Shown here: piece by piece, positions 21,601-29,775 of the stretch
How positions within the stretch are numbered: position 1 is the first letter of the stretch
Layout of the letters: each line of letters opens with the position of its first letter
NCBI GenBank assembly: GCA_016873275.1
Contig: VGXO01000001.1
Span: forward strand, 61,678-125,677
DNA length: 64,000 bases
Origin: Phycisphaerae bacterium
GTDB lineage: Bacteria > Planctomycetota > Phycisphaerae > Phycisphaerales > SM1A02
Direction: 5' to 3'
Translations under genes and position numbers: made by a program
Notes under the pieces: model-generated
The model's database searches: none
What the model was told of the DNA's origin: nothing
Seen by the model: only the letters and a program-made list of their open reading frames with translations

Positions 21601-22578
21601 ATGTCCGCCGCCGATCGCTCCAGCGCGCCCGATCCGGGTCCTCCAGCGCCGGCGCGAGGGCTCGCGGCGCTCGCGGTCATCGCCTCCGACATCAAGCTCG
21701 CCCACAGCGTCTTCGCGCTTCCCTTCGCGCTGCTCGGCGCGTTCCTCGCCGCGGCGAGCCCCGGCGGACCGCTCGCCGCCGATCCCGCGCAGCGGTGGCT
21801 CTTCGGCTGGCAGCTGGCGCTCGTCCTCGTCGCGATGGTCTCCGCCCGCACCACCGCGATGCTCGCGAACCGCCTCGTCGACCGGAAGATCGATGCGCGG
21901 AACCCGCGCACCGCCCACCGGGCGATCCCCTCCGGTCGGCTCTCCGCCGGCACGGCGCTCGTGGCGATGCTCGCCTCGGCGCTCGTCTTCGTCGCGTGCT
22001 GCGGGGGGTTCCGCCTCCTCGACGGCAACGAGTGGCCGCTCTCGCTCGCGCTGCCGGTCCTCCTCTGGATCGCCGCGTACGGCTACCTCAAGCGATTCAC
22101 CTGGCTCTGCCACTTCTGGCTCGGGATCAGCCTCGGGATCAGCCCGATCGCCGCGGCGCTCGCGGTGAGTCCCGAGTCGCTCGGATTCCTCGCGCCGTGG
22201 TTCCTCGGCGTCGCGGTCGCCTGCTGGGTCGCGGGCTTCGACGTGATCTACGCGCTCCAGGACGTCGAGGTCGACAAGGCGCAGCGGCTCCGGAGCCTGC
22301 CCGCGAGCTGGGGCGTCGGTCCCGCGATGCACGCGAGCCGCGTGCTCCACGTCGCGAGCATCGGGCTCCTCGTCTGCGTCTACCTCCTCGACCCGAGCCG
22401 CTCGCTGGGGCGGATCTACGTGGGAGCGGTCGCCCTCGCGGCGGGGGTGCTGCTCTTCGACCATCTGACGATCAGGCGCGAGCCCGGACCGAGGCGCATC
22501 GCCCTCGTGATGACGCTGAATGGACTCGTGAGCCTCCTCGTCGGCGGCGCCGGGATCGCCGACCTGCTCGCGGGGTGA
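21601..22578 (+). CDS. UbiA-family aromatic prenyltransferase (4-hydroxybenzoate polyprenyltransferase-like / MqnP-like)
   Basis: Trimmed to MSAADRSS.... Multi-TM protein with NRLVDRKIDARNPRTAHRAIPSG and a second Asp-rich motif, DVIYALQDVEVD. Confidence 0.85.
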   Translation: MSAADRSSAPDPGPPAPARGLAALAVIASDIKLAHSVFALPFALLGAFLAAASPGGPLAADPAQRWLFGWQLALVLVAMVSARTTAMLANRLVDRKIDARNPRTAHRAIPSGRLSAGTALVAMLASALVFVACCGGFRLLDGNEWPLSLALPVLLWIAAYGYLKRFTWLCHFWLGISLGISPIAAALAVSPESLGFLAPWFLGVAVACWVAGFDVIYALQDVEVDKAQRLRSLPASWGVGPAMHASRVLHVASIGLLVCVYLLDPSRSLGRIYVGAVALAAGVLLFDHLTIRREPGPRRIALVMTLNGLVSLLVGGAGIADLLAG

Positions 22579-22624
22579 GGTTTCCCCTTGCCCCGGCGGA
22601 CCGACCCCGCCACCATCGGCGGCG

Positions 22625-23659
22625 ATGACCTCCGCGGACCCGAGGACCCCGGCGATCGACCCGACGCGGCCGCTGCACGACTCGCTGCGGCGGCTGATGC
22701 GGGCGCTCGTCGACGCCTCGGTCGAGGGGCTCGGATCCGTTCCCGGCTGCCTCGACGACGCCGCCCGCGCCGAGCTGGTGCGCCGAGCGCGCAAGTCGCT
22801 CAAGCGGCTGCGGGCGCTGCTCCCGCTCGCCGGCGAAGGCGGCGAGGATCCCCGCCGCGCTTCGCTTCGTGCCGCCGCCTCCTCCGCGGCGCGGCGCCTC
22901 TCGACCTCGAGGGACCTCCATGCCCGCCGCGAGACGCTCGGGCGCCTCGCGAGGCGCATGCGTCCGGAGCTCTCCGAGCACGCCCGCGACGAGCTCGAGC
23001 GGCTCCTCGACCTCGCGGCGAGCGACTCGGCTCGACCGGCGCGCGACGAGGAGTCCGCCGCCGCCCGCGCCGCGGAGCAGATGCTGCGCCCCGCGCGGCT
23101 CGTCGTCTCCGCGATCGCCATGCCGCGGGCGTCGTGGTCGGCGCTCCGCAACCTCGTGCGGTCGAGGTGGTCGAGCACTCGACGGCGGCTCCGCCGCGAG
23201 CTTGCCGCGGGCGATGACCACCGCCTGCACGAGGTCCGCAAGGCGTGCGGTCGGCTCGAGACGCTGCTTCTCATCGTCGAGCCGATCGACCCCGCGCGGC
23301 TCTCGCCGCTCCGGCGACGGACGAGCCGGATCTACGAGGACCTCGGGCTCGACCGCGACCTCCTCCTCCTCCAGCAGTGGCTCGAGGGAGTCCACGGGCA
23401 GGGGACGGCGCTCGCCGACCCGCTGCGGGAGGAGATCATCTCGATGCGCGGTCGGACCCGCCGCCGCCTCGCGCGGCGGATCAACTCCATGCCCCGCGCC
23501 GGCGATGGACGGTGGCGCTCGATCCGGCGCGTGCGTCCGGGTCCCGCGCCTGCCTCCGACCACCTTCCCGCCTCGTCCGAATCTGTCATCATCCCCGGAT
23601 CACCGGTCGATCCGTCCCCGCCGGCATCCTCCTCCTCTCCAGGATCAATCCGACCATGA
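22625..23659 (+). CDS. CHAD domain-containing protein
   Basis: Helical, Arg-rich protein with repeated H..R(K/R)..K/GRLR-type motifs (VRRARKSLKRLRALL; HRLHEVRKACGRLETLL) as in CHAD domains. Confidence 0.65.
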   Translation: MTSADPRTPAIDPTRPLHDSLRRLMRALVDASVEGLGSVPGCLDDAARAELVRRARKSLKRLRALLPLAGEGGEDPRRASLRAAASSAARRLSTSRDLHARRETLGRLARRMRPELSEHARDELERLLDLAASDSARPARDEESAAARAAEQMLRPARLVVSAIAMPRASWSALRNLVRSRWSSTRRRLRRELAAGDDHRLHEVRKACGRLETLLLIVEPIDPARLSPLRRRTSRIYEDLGLDRDLLLLQQWLEGVHGQGTALADPLREEIISMRGRTRRRLARRINSMPRAGDGRWRSIRRVRPGPAPASDHLPASSESVIIPGSPVDPSPPASSSSPGSIRP

Positions 23660-24519
23660 AGATCCTCCTCCGCCTCGCGATCGGCGTCGTCGTCCTCCTC
23701 GTGGTGGCGGCGGCGGTCACCCTCTTCTTCGTCGACTCGATCGCCCGCCGCGTGGTCGAGAACGCCGGCACCGCCGCGGTCGGCGTGCCGGTGACGCTCG
23801 ACTCGATCTCGATCCGCCCGATCGCCGGCGCCGCGGCGATCGAGGGGCTCGCCGTCGCGAACCCGCCGGGCTACCGGGAGGCGAAGTTCCTCACGCTCTC
23901 CCGCGGCGAGCTCGAGGTCGCGCTCCGGTCGCTCCTCTCCGACCAGCCGGAGGTGCCTCGCATCGAGCTTGACGGGATCCTCGTCGGCGTCGAGCAGAAG
24001 TCCGGGACCTCCAACCTGAAGGAGATCCTCGCCGGCATGAAGTCGAGCCCGGCGCCCGCCGGTCCGGCGAAGGAGTCGGCGCCGAAGCGGTTCAAGGTCG
24101 ACTCGCTCGTCATCCGCGACGTCAAGGTGCGGGCGCAACTCCTGCCTCTTCCCGGCAAGGCGTCGGAGCTCGAGTTCACCATCGACGAGGTGCAGGTGAA
24201 GGACCTCGACCAGGACAACGCCCAGGGCGTCGTCCTCGACGAGCTGATGCGCCGCGTCGTCGGCGCGGTGATGGCGGCGGTGGTGAAGGAGCTCGCGGTC
24301 CAGGCGCCGGGCGAGCTCGTCGCCGGTCTCGGCGACGCGATCAACTCCCTCGGGCTCCCCGACGCGACCATGACGATCGGCGGAGGCATCTTGGACCTCG
24401 GCGGCATGGTCGACTCCGCCGGTCAGGCGCTCCAGGGCGTCGGACAGGACCTTGACCAAGGCCTGCAGGGAATCGGCAAGGGCCTCGGCGACCTGATCGG
24501 CGGACCGAAGAAGGAGTGA
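23656..24519 (+). CDS. membrane-anchored AsmA-N-terminal-like protein
   Basis: ATGA overlap with the CHAD gene. N-terminal TM helix (MKILLRLAIGVVVLLVVAAAV), then ...VPVTLDSISIRP...GLAVANPPGY...L.RGELEVALRSLL... resembles the AsmA N-terminal region. Confidence 0.5.
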   Translation: MKILLRLAIGVVVLLVVAAAVTLFFVDSIARRVVENAGTAAVGVPVTLDSISIRPIAGAAAIEGLAVANPPGYREAKFLTLSRGELEVALRSLLSDQPEVPRIELDGILVGVEQKSGTSNLKEILAGMKSSPAPAGPAKESAPKRFKVDSLVIRDVKVRAQLLPLPGKASELEFTIDEVQVKDLDQDNAQGVVLDELMRRVVGAVMAAVVKELAVQAPGELVAGLGDAINSLGLPDATMTIGGGILDLGGMVDSAGQALQGVGQDLDQGLQGIGKGLGDLIGGPKKE

Positions 24520-24567
24520 GGACCGCGTCGATCCCGGCGCTGTCGATGGCGCTGGCCCTGTCGCCGG

Positions 24568-26139
24568 CTACGGCGCCGGCTCCTCGACCCGCGGGAAGAG
24601 CGCGACCTTCGTCACGCCCGCGTAGGTCCGCGCGGGATCGAGCCGCACCTGCGCCGCGAGCGTGCCGCCCTCCGCGACCGGGGGTCGGGAGAGCGCTCGG
24701 CGGAGCCGGTCCATCGAGCCGGGCATGAGCGGCGACAGGAGCGCGCTCGCCGCCTCGAGCACCTCGAGCGACTGGCGCAGGATCAGCGCAAGCTCGCCGC
24801 GCCGCGCGGGGTCCTTCGCGATCTTGAACGGCTCGGTGCGGTGGATGAAGCCGTCGAGCGACCGCATCAGGCCGATCCCCGCCTCGGCGAGCCGGTCGAT
24901 CGCGAACTCCGACGCCGCCTCCTCCGCCGCCCGCAGCGCCCGCGCGAGCGCCGCCGACCAGTCCTCTCCCGCCACCACCCGCGAGGGATCCTCGACCACG
25001 GGCAGCGTGCCCTCGAAGTAGCGCTCGACCATCGCGGTCACGCGGCTCGCGCCGTTGCCGACGGTGTTGACGAGGTCGGAGAGATACGCCTCGCGGAAGT
25101 GCGCGTCGCGGAAGTCGGCGTCGGAGGCGCCGAGCGGCCCGCGGGTCGCCATGAACCAGCGCCACGCGTCGAGACCGAACCGATCGTGGTAGCCGCGGAT
25201 CGCCTCGAGGTCGATGAAGTTCCCGAGGCTCTTGCTCATCTTCTGCCCGTCCTTGATCCAGAAGGCATGGGCGTAGATGCAGCGGGGCAGCGGCAGGTCG
25301 AGCGCCATCAGGAGCGCCGGCCATACCACCGCGTGGAACCAGAGGATCTCCTTGCCGACGACGTGGAAGGTGGCGGGCCAGTACCTCGCGCGGGGCGATC
25401 CCGCCGGATCCTGCTCGCCGAGACCGAGCGCCGTCGCGTAGTTGAAGAGCGCGTCGATCCACACGTAGACGACGTGCCCCGCCGCGCCCGGCATCGGGAT
25501 GCCCCACGTGAAGTTCGTCCGGGTGATGGGGACGTCCTGCAGGCCTTCCCGGAGCCGACCGATCACCTCGTTGCGACGACCCGCGGGTCGGACGAAGTCG
25601 GGGTTCTCCTCGAGGTGCCGCTCGAGCCTCGAGGTGAAGGCGCTCAGGCGGAAGTAGTAGTTCGACTCCCGCGCCCGCACGAGCGGTCGACCCGAGACGG
25701 GGCTCCGGTAGTCGAGCTCCTTCGCGCGGGTCTCGGTGTGGTACTCCTCCTGCGACTCGTCGTACCAGCCCTCGAACTCGCCGAGGTAGACCGCGCCGGA
25801 GTCCCTCAGCCGCTCGAGGAACCGCTCGACCTGCCGCTCGTGCCGCGGCTCGGTGGTGCGGATGAAGTCGTCGTTGGTGATCCCGAAGTCGCCGAGCACC
25901 CGCCGGAACTCCGCGGAGACCTCGTCGGCGAGCGCCCGCGGCGTCATGCCGCGCTCCTGCGCCGACTTCTCGACCTTCACCCCGTGCTCGTCGGTCCCGG
26001 TCAGGAAGAAGACGTCGCGGCCGGCGAGGCGCATGAACCTCGCCCAGGCGTCGCAGAGCGTCGTCGTATAGGCATGCCCGATGTGCGGCCGGTCGTTGAC
26101 GTAGTAGATCGGCGTGGTGACGTAGGCGGTCTCGGGCAT
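24568..26139 (-). CDS. metG: methionine--tRNA ligase
   Basis: Trimmed to MPETAYVTTPIYYVNDRPHIGHAYTT... (HIGH). KMSKSLGNF is present. Confidence 0.95.
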   Translation of the reverse strand: MPETAYVTTPIYYVNDRPHIGHAYTTTLCDAWARFMRLAGRDVFFLTGTDEHGVKVEKSAQERGMTPRALADEVSAEFRRVLGDFGITNDDFIRTTEPRHERQVERFLERLRDSGAVYLGEFEGWYDESQEEYHTETRAKELDYRSPVSGRPLVRARESNYYFRLSAFTSRLERHLEENPDFVRPAGRRNEVIGRLREGLQDVPITRTNFTWGIPMPGAAGHVVYVWIDALFNYATALGLGEQDPAGSPRARYWPATFHVVGKEILWFHAVVWPALLMALDLPLPRCIYAHAFWIKDGQKMSKSLGNFIDLEAIRGYHDRFGLDAWRWFMATRGPLGASDADFRDAHFREAYLSDLVNTVGNGASRVTAMVERYFEGTLPVVEDPSRVVAGEDWSAALARALRAAEEAASEFAIDRLAEAGIGLMRSLDGFIHRTEPFKIAKDPARRGELALILRQSLEVLEAASALLSPLMPGSMDRLRRALSRPPVAEGGTLAAQVRLDPARTYAGVTKVALFPRVEEPAP

Positions 26140-26196
26140 CGCGCGAGTATAAACCTCGCGGAGGACCTGCCCGCCGTCGCGCGTCGGCGCCCCGTG

Positions 26197-26856
26197 ATGA
26201 TCACCACCGACGACCAAGGCAGGCGACCACGCGGCCGAACGAGCGCGCCCGCGGTCGTCGGCACGATCGTGGTGATCGCCGCGGCGGTGCTCCTCGGGGT
26301 GGTGGGACCGCGTCTCGCCGACCGCGGCCTCGCGCCCACGGGAGTCCCGGTGTCTTCCGTGATCGAGTCGCTCTCCGCCCGTCACGCCGGTCTCGGTCCC
26401 GACCCGGATCCGTCGCGCCTTCCCTCCGACTGGCGGCGGCGCATCGCGGAGGAGACCCATCGAGAGGTGATGCTCCGCGACGACCTCGCCGCCGATGGAT
26501 GGACGCTCGTCGCGTTCCGCGCCGAGCCGCCGCGACCCTTCGCCGACCTGCCCGTCGCCGCGACCGCGCTCCTCGAGGCAGCCGATGGCGGACCACTCCT
26601 CTCGGTCACCGCGATCAGGGATGATGGGTCGATTCACCGCCTCGACGGCTTCGCGCGGCCGCGTCCGCTCCGCGAGGGCGAGCGGCTTCGCCTCGACGGC
26701 TCGCAGACGATCCATGGCACCGCCGTGCTCGCGGTCGTCGAGGGCGATCTGCTCTGGGTCCTCCTCTGCGAGGACGCCGCCCGCCTCGACGCCGTGGAGG
26801 ACGAGCTGCTCGGTCCGCCGCCGACCGCGGGGGACGCCGCGGACTCCCCGGCGTGA
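26197..26856 (+). CDS. hypothetical membrane-anchored protein
   Basis: Tail of the 671-aa fused ORF, trimmed to MITTDDQGRR.... One TM helix (VVGTIVVIAAAVLLGVVG). No family recognised. Confidence 0.5.
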   Translation: MITTDDQGRRPRGRTSAPAVVGTIVVIAAAVLLGVVGPRLADRGLAPTGVPVSSVIESLSARHAGLGPDPDPSRLPSDWRRRIAEETHREVMLRDDLAADGWTLVAFRAEPPRPFADLPVAATALLEAADGGPLLSVTAIRDDGSIHRLDGFARPRPLREGERLRLDGSQTIHGTAVLAVVEGDLLWVLLCEDAARLDAVEDELLGPPPTAGDAADSPA

Positions 26857-26899
26857 TGCGGGGACCCGCTTCGAATCCCTCTCCGCCCATTCCTTGAGC

Positions 26900-26924
26900 G
26901 GTCGCCGCTGCGGCGGCGACCTTT
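26900..26924 (+). terminator. terminator-like hairpin (9-bp stem, TGCG loop, TTT)
   Basis: ggtcgccgc-tgcg-gcggcgacc followed by ttt, 44 nt after the 26197..26856 stop. Confidence 0.4.
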
Positions 26925-26936
26925 GGTGCTTCGACC

Positions 26937-26974
26937 CGTGGTTGTGTTCGCTCGCACCGAGCGGCACAACCACG
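26937..26974. other. long imperfect hairpin at the left edge of the island
   Basis: cgtggttgtg-tt-cgctcg-cac-cgagcg-g-cacaaccacg, giving 10+6 bp of stem. Confidence 0.5.
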
Positions 26975-27126
26975 CTGCGTTTGGGGGGTTACGCGAGGGT
27001 GAAACGAAGCGGTGCGAACCACTGTTTCCGTTTGGGCGGTCGGGTGCTGTGACGCCCAGAATCTCAAACTTGGGCGCCGCTTTGGGGGCGAAGTGCGTCG
27101 CTTTTTGCGTCGCTTTGGAGGCGCGG

Positions 27127-27975
27127 TCAGCCCGCCCGGATCGCGTCTCGCAGCGCCTCGATCGCGGGCGCGCGCTCGGGTGCAACGCCTGCGGCCGCCC
27201 CCTGGAGGACGCCGTCCGCCTTCGTCGCGGCTGCGGAGAGAAGCGGGCTGTCCTCGGCGACGCCCGCCGCGCGCGCGCGCTCCAGCGTGCGCAGGAACTC
27301 GAGCACGGCTCCGTACGCGGCTTGCCAGTCGACCGTCACGACATCGGCCACGTCGCAACGCAGCAGCTGTGCCCACGGCGTCGGATCGAGGATCGTGCAG
27401 AAGCCGTGCTCCAGGCGCACGAGCCCGGCATCCGCCCACGATGCGGCCGTGTCCGCGACGCAGCGGTACGTGTAGCCGGTCGAGTCGGACACGTCGCGGC
27501 AGCGCACGCCGCGCGGGCTTCCGAGGAGCGCCACGATGAGATACGCGGCGCAGTCGTTCCCGAGCACGTCGCGCGACCGCAGGTGAAGCGATGCGGGGGT
27601 CGATGCCGCGAGGCCCACGTGCTTGCGCGTCACGAGTCGGCGAAGGCCGTTGATGCTCCGCCAGGCAGCAACGCGTGTCGCTTCTGCGGGCTCCTGTTCA
27701 TTGCGCCGCGTGAGCGTGTTGAGGCGCTGCGTATTGACGCGCGCGCGGTTCGTGGCGAACCAGCTTCGCACGGCCTCCTCGAGCCGCGGTTCGCTCCCGA
27801 AGAAGTGCAGCGAGCACCACAGCAGCGCCTCGGGGTCGATCACCTCAAGCGGTTGGTCGAACTCCGGTGTCTGGAAGGGCACGCCCAGCTCGCGCCACTG
27901 CACGTGCAGCACGTCGAGCAGCGCCGCGCGGACGCGCTCCTCACGCGATGTAGTAGGCGAGGTCTTCATGGCCAA
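27127..27975 (-). CDS. hypothetical protein with possible winged-helix segment
   Basis: 282-aa ORF that overlaps the upstream NTase gene by about 35 nt. The segment ...CAAYLIVALLGSPRGVRCRDVSDSTGYTYRCVADTAASWADAGLVRLE looks wHTH-like. No family recognised. Confidence 0.55.
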   Translation of the reverse strand: MAMKTSPTTSREERVRAALLDVLHVQWRELGVPFQTPEFDQPLEVIDPEALLWCSLHFFGSEPRLEEAVRSWFATNRARVNTQRLNTLTRRNEQEPAEATRVAAWRSINGLRRLVTRKHVGLAASTPASLHLRSRDVLGNDCAAYLIVALLGSPRGVRCRDVSDSTGYTYRCVADTAASWADAGLVRLEHGFCTILDPTPWAQLLRCDVADVVTVDWQAAYGAVLEFLRTLERARAAGVAEDSPLLSAAATKADGVLQGAAAGVAPERAPAIEALRDAIRAG

Positions 27976-28555
27976 GCTCCTGCAGGAACTCGCGCAGCTC
28001 GGCGCGGAGTTGGTGGTTGCGGTCGGGGATCGTGATCACCCAGTCGATGGCGAACCGCAGCTCTTCTTCGTTCGGGGCGAGTTCGCGCAAGTCCGACTTA
28101 TGCACCGACTGTCGACCGTGTGCGGCGTCGACCGCCGCGAACAGCTTGAAGGCGATCAGGTCGCGCCGGTCCGGAAGCCGCAGCGTGAGGTGCGTGCCGA
28201 TGTGGCGGGGGGTGAGCCTTCCCGTGCATCCAGGTGGCAGGCCGAAGTCGAGGAGTCCCTTGGGACCGAGGTTGACCCAGCTGATCCCAGACGACTTGAG
28301 CTCGGAATGCGCGTCGGCCACGCGCACGATGGCTCGTTCCACCGCGGGTGGGAAGCGATCGATCTGGACGATCTGCAGCGTTGCGGAACTCCAACCGCTG
28401 ATCACGTCGACGTCGCGCGTCGGCCGTTGCACCAGGCCGAGGATCCCGAGGGCGGTACCGCCGCAGACGATCCAGTCCACGGGCTCGGCGCCCTCGATCG
28501 CGAGCGCGTCGTTGAGCTCGCGGAGCAGGGGATGGGTGGCGGCGGGATCGATCAT
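27941..28555 (-). CDS. nucleotidyltransferase-fold protein (AbiEii-like NTase motif, short form)
   Basis: Trimmed to the in-frame ATG (MIDPAATHPLL...), because the upstream codons are AT-rich. WIVCGGTALGILGLVQRPTRDVDVIS fits the hG[GS]x9-13Dh[DE]h motif of pol-beta NTases and AbiEii. Confidence 0.65.
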   Translation of the reverse strand: MIDPAATHPLLRELNDALAIEGAEPVDWIVCGGTALGILGLVQRPTRDVDVISGWSSATLQIVQIDRFPPAVERAIVRVADAHSELKSSGISWVNLGPKGLLDFGLPPGCTGRLTPRHIGTHLTLRLPDRRDLIAFKLFAAVDAAHGRQSVHKSDLRELAPNEEELRFAIDWVITIPDRNHQLRAELREFLQELGHEDLAYYIA

Positions 28556-28640
28556 GGGGGTTCCTCGGCTGGAACAGTAGGCTACAGGGCATAAATGTAG
28601 AAGTTTAAGTTCCACAAAGACGCACCGGAGACTCTTCGAT

Positions 28641-28751
28641 GGACAGATAACTGCTATGACGCCCTACGGCAGTGCAGGAAGGGCGGTCCGATTCGCTCCT
28701 CCTACAGCGGCTGTCCCCGGTGTCACCGGAACCGAAACCCCTTCTCACGCG
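28641..28751. repeat. third, degenerate copy of the island junction module
   Basis: Contains ggacagat and tgtcaccggaaccgaaaccccttctcacgc. Compare cgtcaccggtgccgaaaccccttcgcgc at about 29641 and cgtcaccggtaccgaaaccgcctcgcg at about 32801. Confidence 0.45.
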
Positions 28752-28796
28752 TGCCCGCCATCGATTTCGGCGACGCCGACGGCACGCCGTGGGCGG

Positions 28797-29438
28797 TCAA
28801 CCCCTGGCCGCGAGCAGGACGTCGACGTACGGCGCCATCACCGCCTGCACGCGGTTGATGCGCGCGAAGTGCAGTAGGTCCTTCACCTTTGCATCCTTGC
28901 GACGCAGGTAGGTGCGCAGCGCCTCGATCGCGATGTCCTTGCCGATCTTGTTGCGGAACTTGAAGCAGTCGGCGACGGTCTTCGCGGCCCCGTAGACGCG
29001 GAGCTCGCGACCACCGACCTTGATGCGCTCGATGCCGACGGCAAACGATGCGTCACCGAAGCGATAGAAGCGCACCGGTGGGTGTTCAAGCTTGCGGTCC
29101 TTGAAGCCGCGCGGCACCGCGAGGTCGACCGCATGCGGGATCTGCGTGGTGAGGCGGTGGTGGGCCAGCGCCGAGACAAGACAGACGATTGCCTTGGGCA
29201 CCTTCCGGGCCACCACCGCGAGATCGGGTTCCGATGGCGCTGCATCGGCAAGTTGGTAGACGCCGCGGTCGAGCCTGACCACCGTGCCATCCTCCACGAG
29301 CGCCGCCAGCGTGCGCGGATGGATGCCAGCAGCCTTGGCCTCTTGGGTGCGGAGGATGCCCTCGGCGCGCCGGAAGGCGGCCGTTGCCCTCCGGGTTGGG
29401 GGCTTTGGGATCGGGGTGCTGGAGGGGGCGCGCGGCAT
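28797..29438 (-). CDS. abiEi: AbiEi-family type IV toxin-antitoxin antitoxin / transcriptional regulator
   Basis: ILRTQEAKAAGIHPRTLAALVEDGTVVRLDRGVYQLAD (AbiEi N-terminal wHTH) plus ...IVCLVSALAHHRLTTQIPHAVDLAVP.... Trimmed to MPRAPSS because the first 13 codons of the ORF are AT-rich and hold a promoter-like inverted repeat. Confidence 0.8.
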   Translation of the reverse strand: MPRAPSSTPIPKPPTRRATAAFRRAEGILRTQEAKAAGIHPRTLAALVEDGTVVRLDRGVYQLADAAPSEPDLAVVARKVPKAIVCLVSALAHHRLTTQIPHAVDLAVPRGFKDRKLEHPPVRFYRFGDASFAVGIERIKVGGRELRVYGAAKTVADCFKFRNKIGKDIAIEALRTYLRRKDAKVKDLLHFARINRVQAVMAPYVDVLLAARG

Positions 29439-29450
29439 AGGGATCGAAAG

Positions 29451-29476
29451 TGCTACAGATATCGACAAGTGTAGCA
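29451..29476. promoter_or_regulatory. inverted repeat TGCTACA-N12-TGTAGCA overlapping a TACACT -10-like hexamer upstream of abiEi
   Basis: Read from the sequence. It lies 13-38 nt upstream of the abiEi ATG. Confidence 0.45.
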
Positions 29477-29530
29477 TCTACGATCCATCTTTGTGGATGA
29501 TCTTCGTCGAAAGCCTGTGCTCAGCCCCCG

Positions 29531-29775
29531 CAAAACTGGTCGTCTGAGAAGGACAGATTGGCGGTAATCTGGTCGTCTGAGAAGGACAGATGGTCCTGGC
29601 ACACTGGCCCGACGTATCCCCGCGCCCACGGCGTCACCGCGTCACCGGTGCCGAAACCCCTTCGCGCTCAAGCCGTCGCGCGGACCGGCGCCGCCTGCGC
29701 CTCGGCCTCACCGACCGGGGCATGCACCTGATCGCCACCGCGAAGTGCGCATCCCGCGTCTGCAGGGAGTGCTTC
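29531..29775. repeat. island junction module, copy 1 (about 245 bp)
   Basis: Aligns by eye with 32693..32937 at roughly four-fifths identity. It includes two 23-mers, a palindromic box and the integrase 3' tail. Confidence 0.8.
29536..29591. repeat. two direct 23-bp repeats, CTGGTCGTCTGAGAAGGACAGAT, at 33-bp spacing
   Basis: Identical copies at 29536-29558 and 29569-29591. Anchored on the stop of ORF 29284..29547. Confidence 0.85.

Noticed and set aside
26860-26885. TTCGAATCC T-loop-like sequence suggesting a tRNA fragment as the island attachment site
   Set aside because: The flanking bases do not form a T-stem (CCCGC versus CCCTC), and no acceptor-stem complement is present.
29439-29477. 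Upstream ATG at 29477 as the abiEi start (MLHLSISVALSIP...)
   Set aside because: These 13 codons are AT-rich with non-genomic third-position usage. They coincide with the promoter-like inverted repeat, so MPRAPSS at 29438 is preferred.
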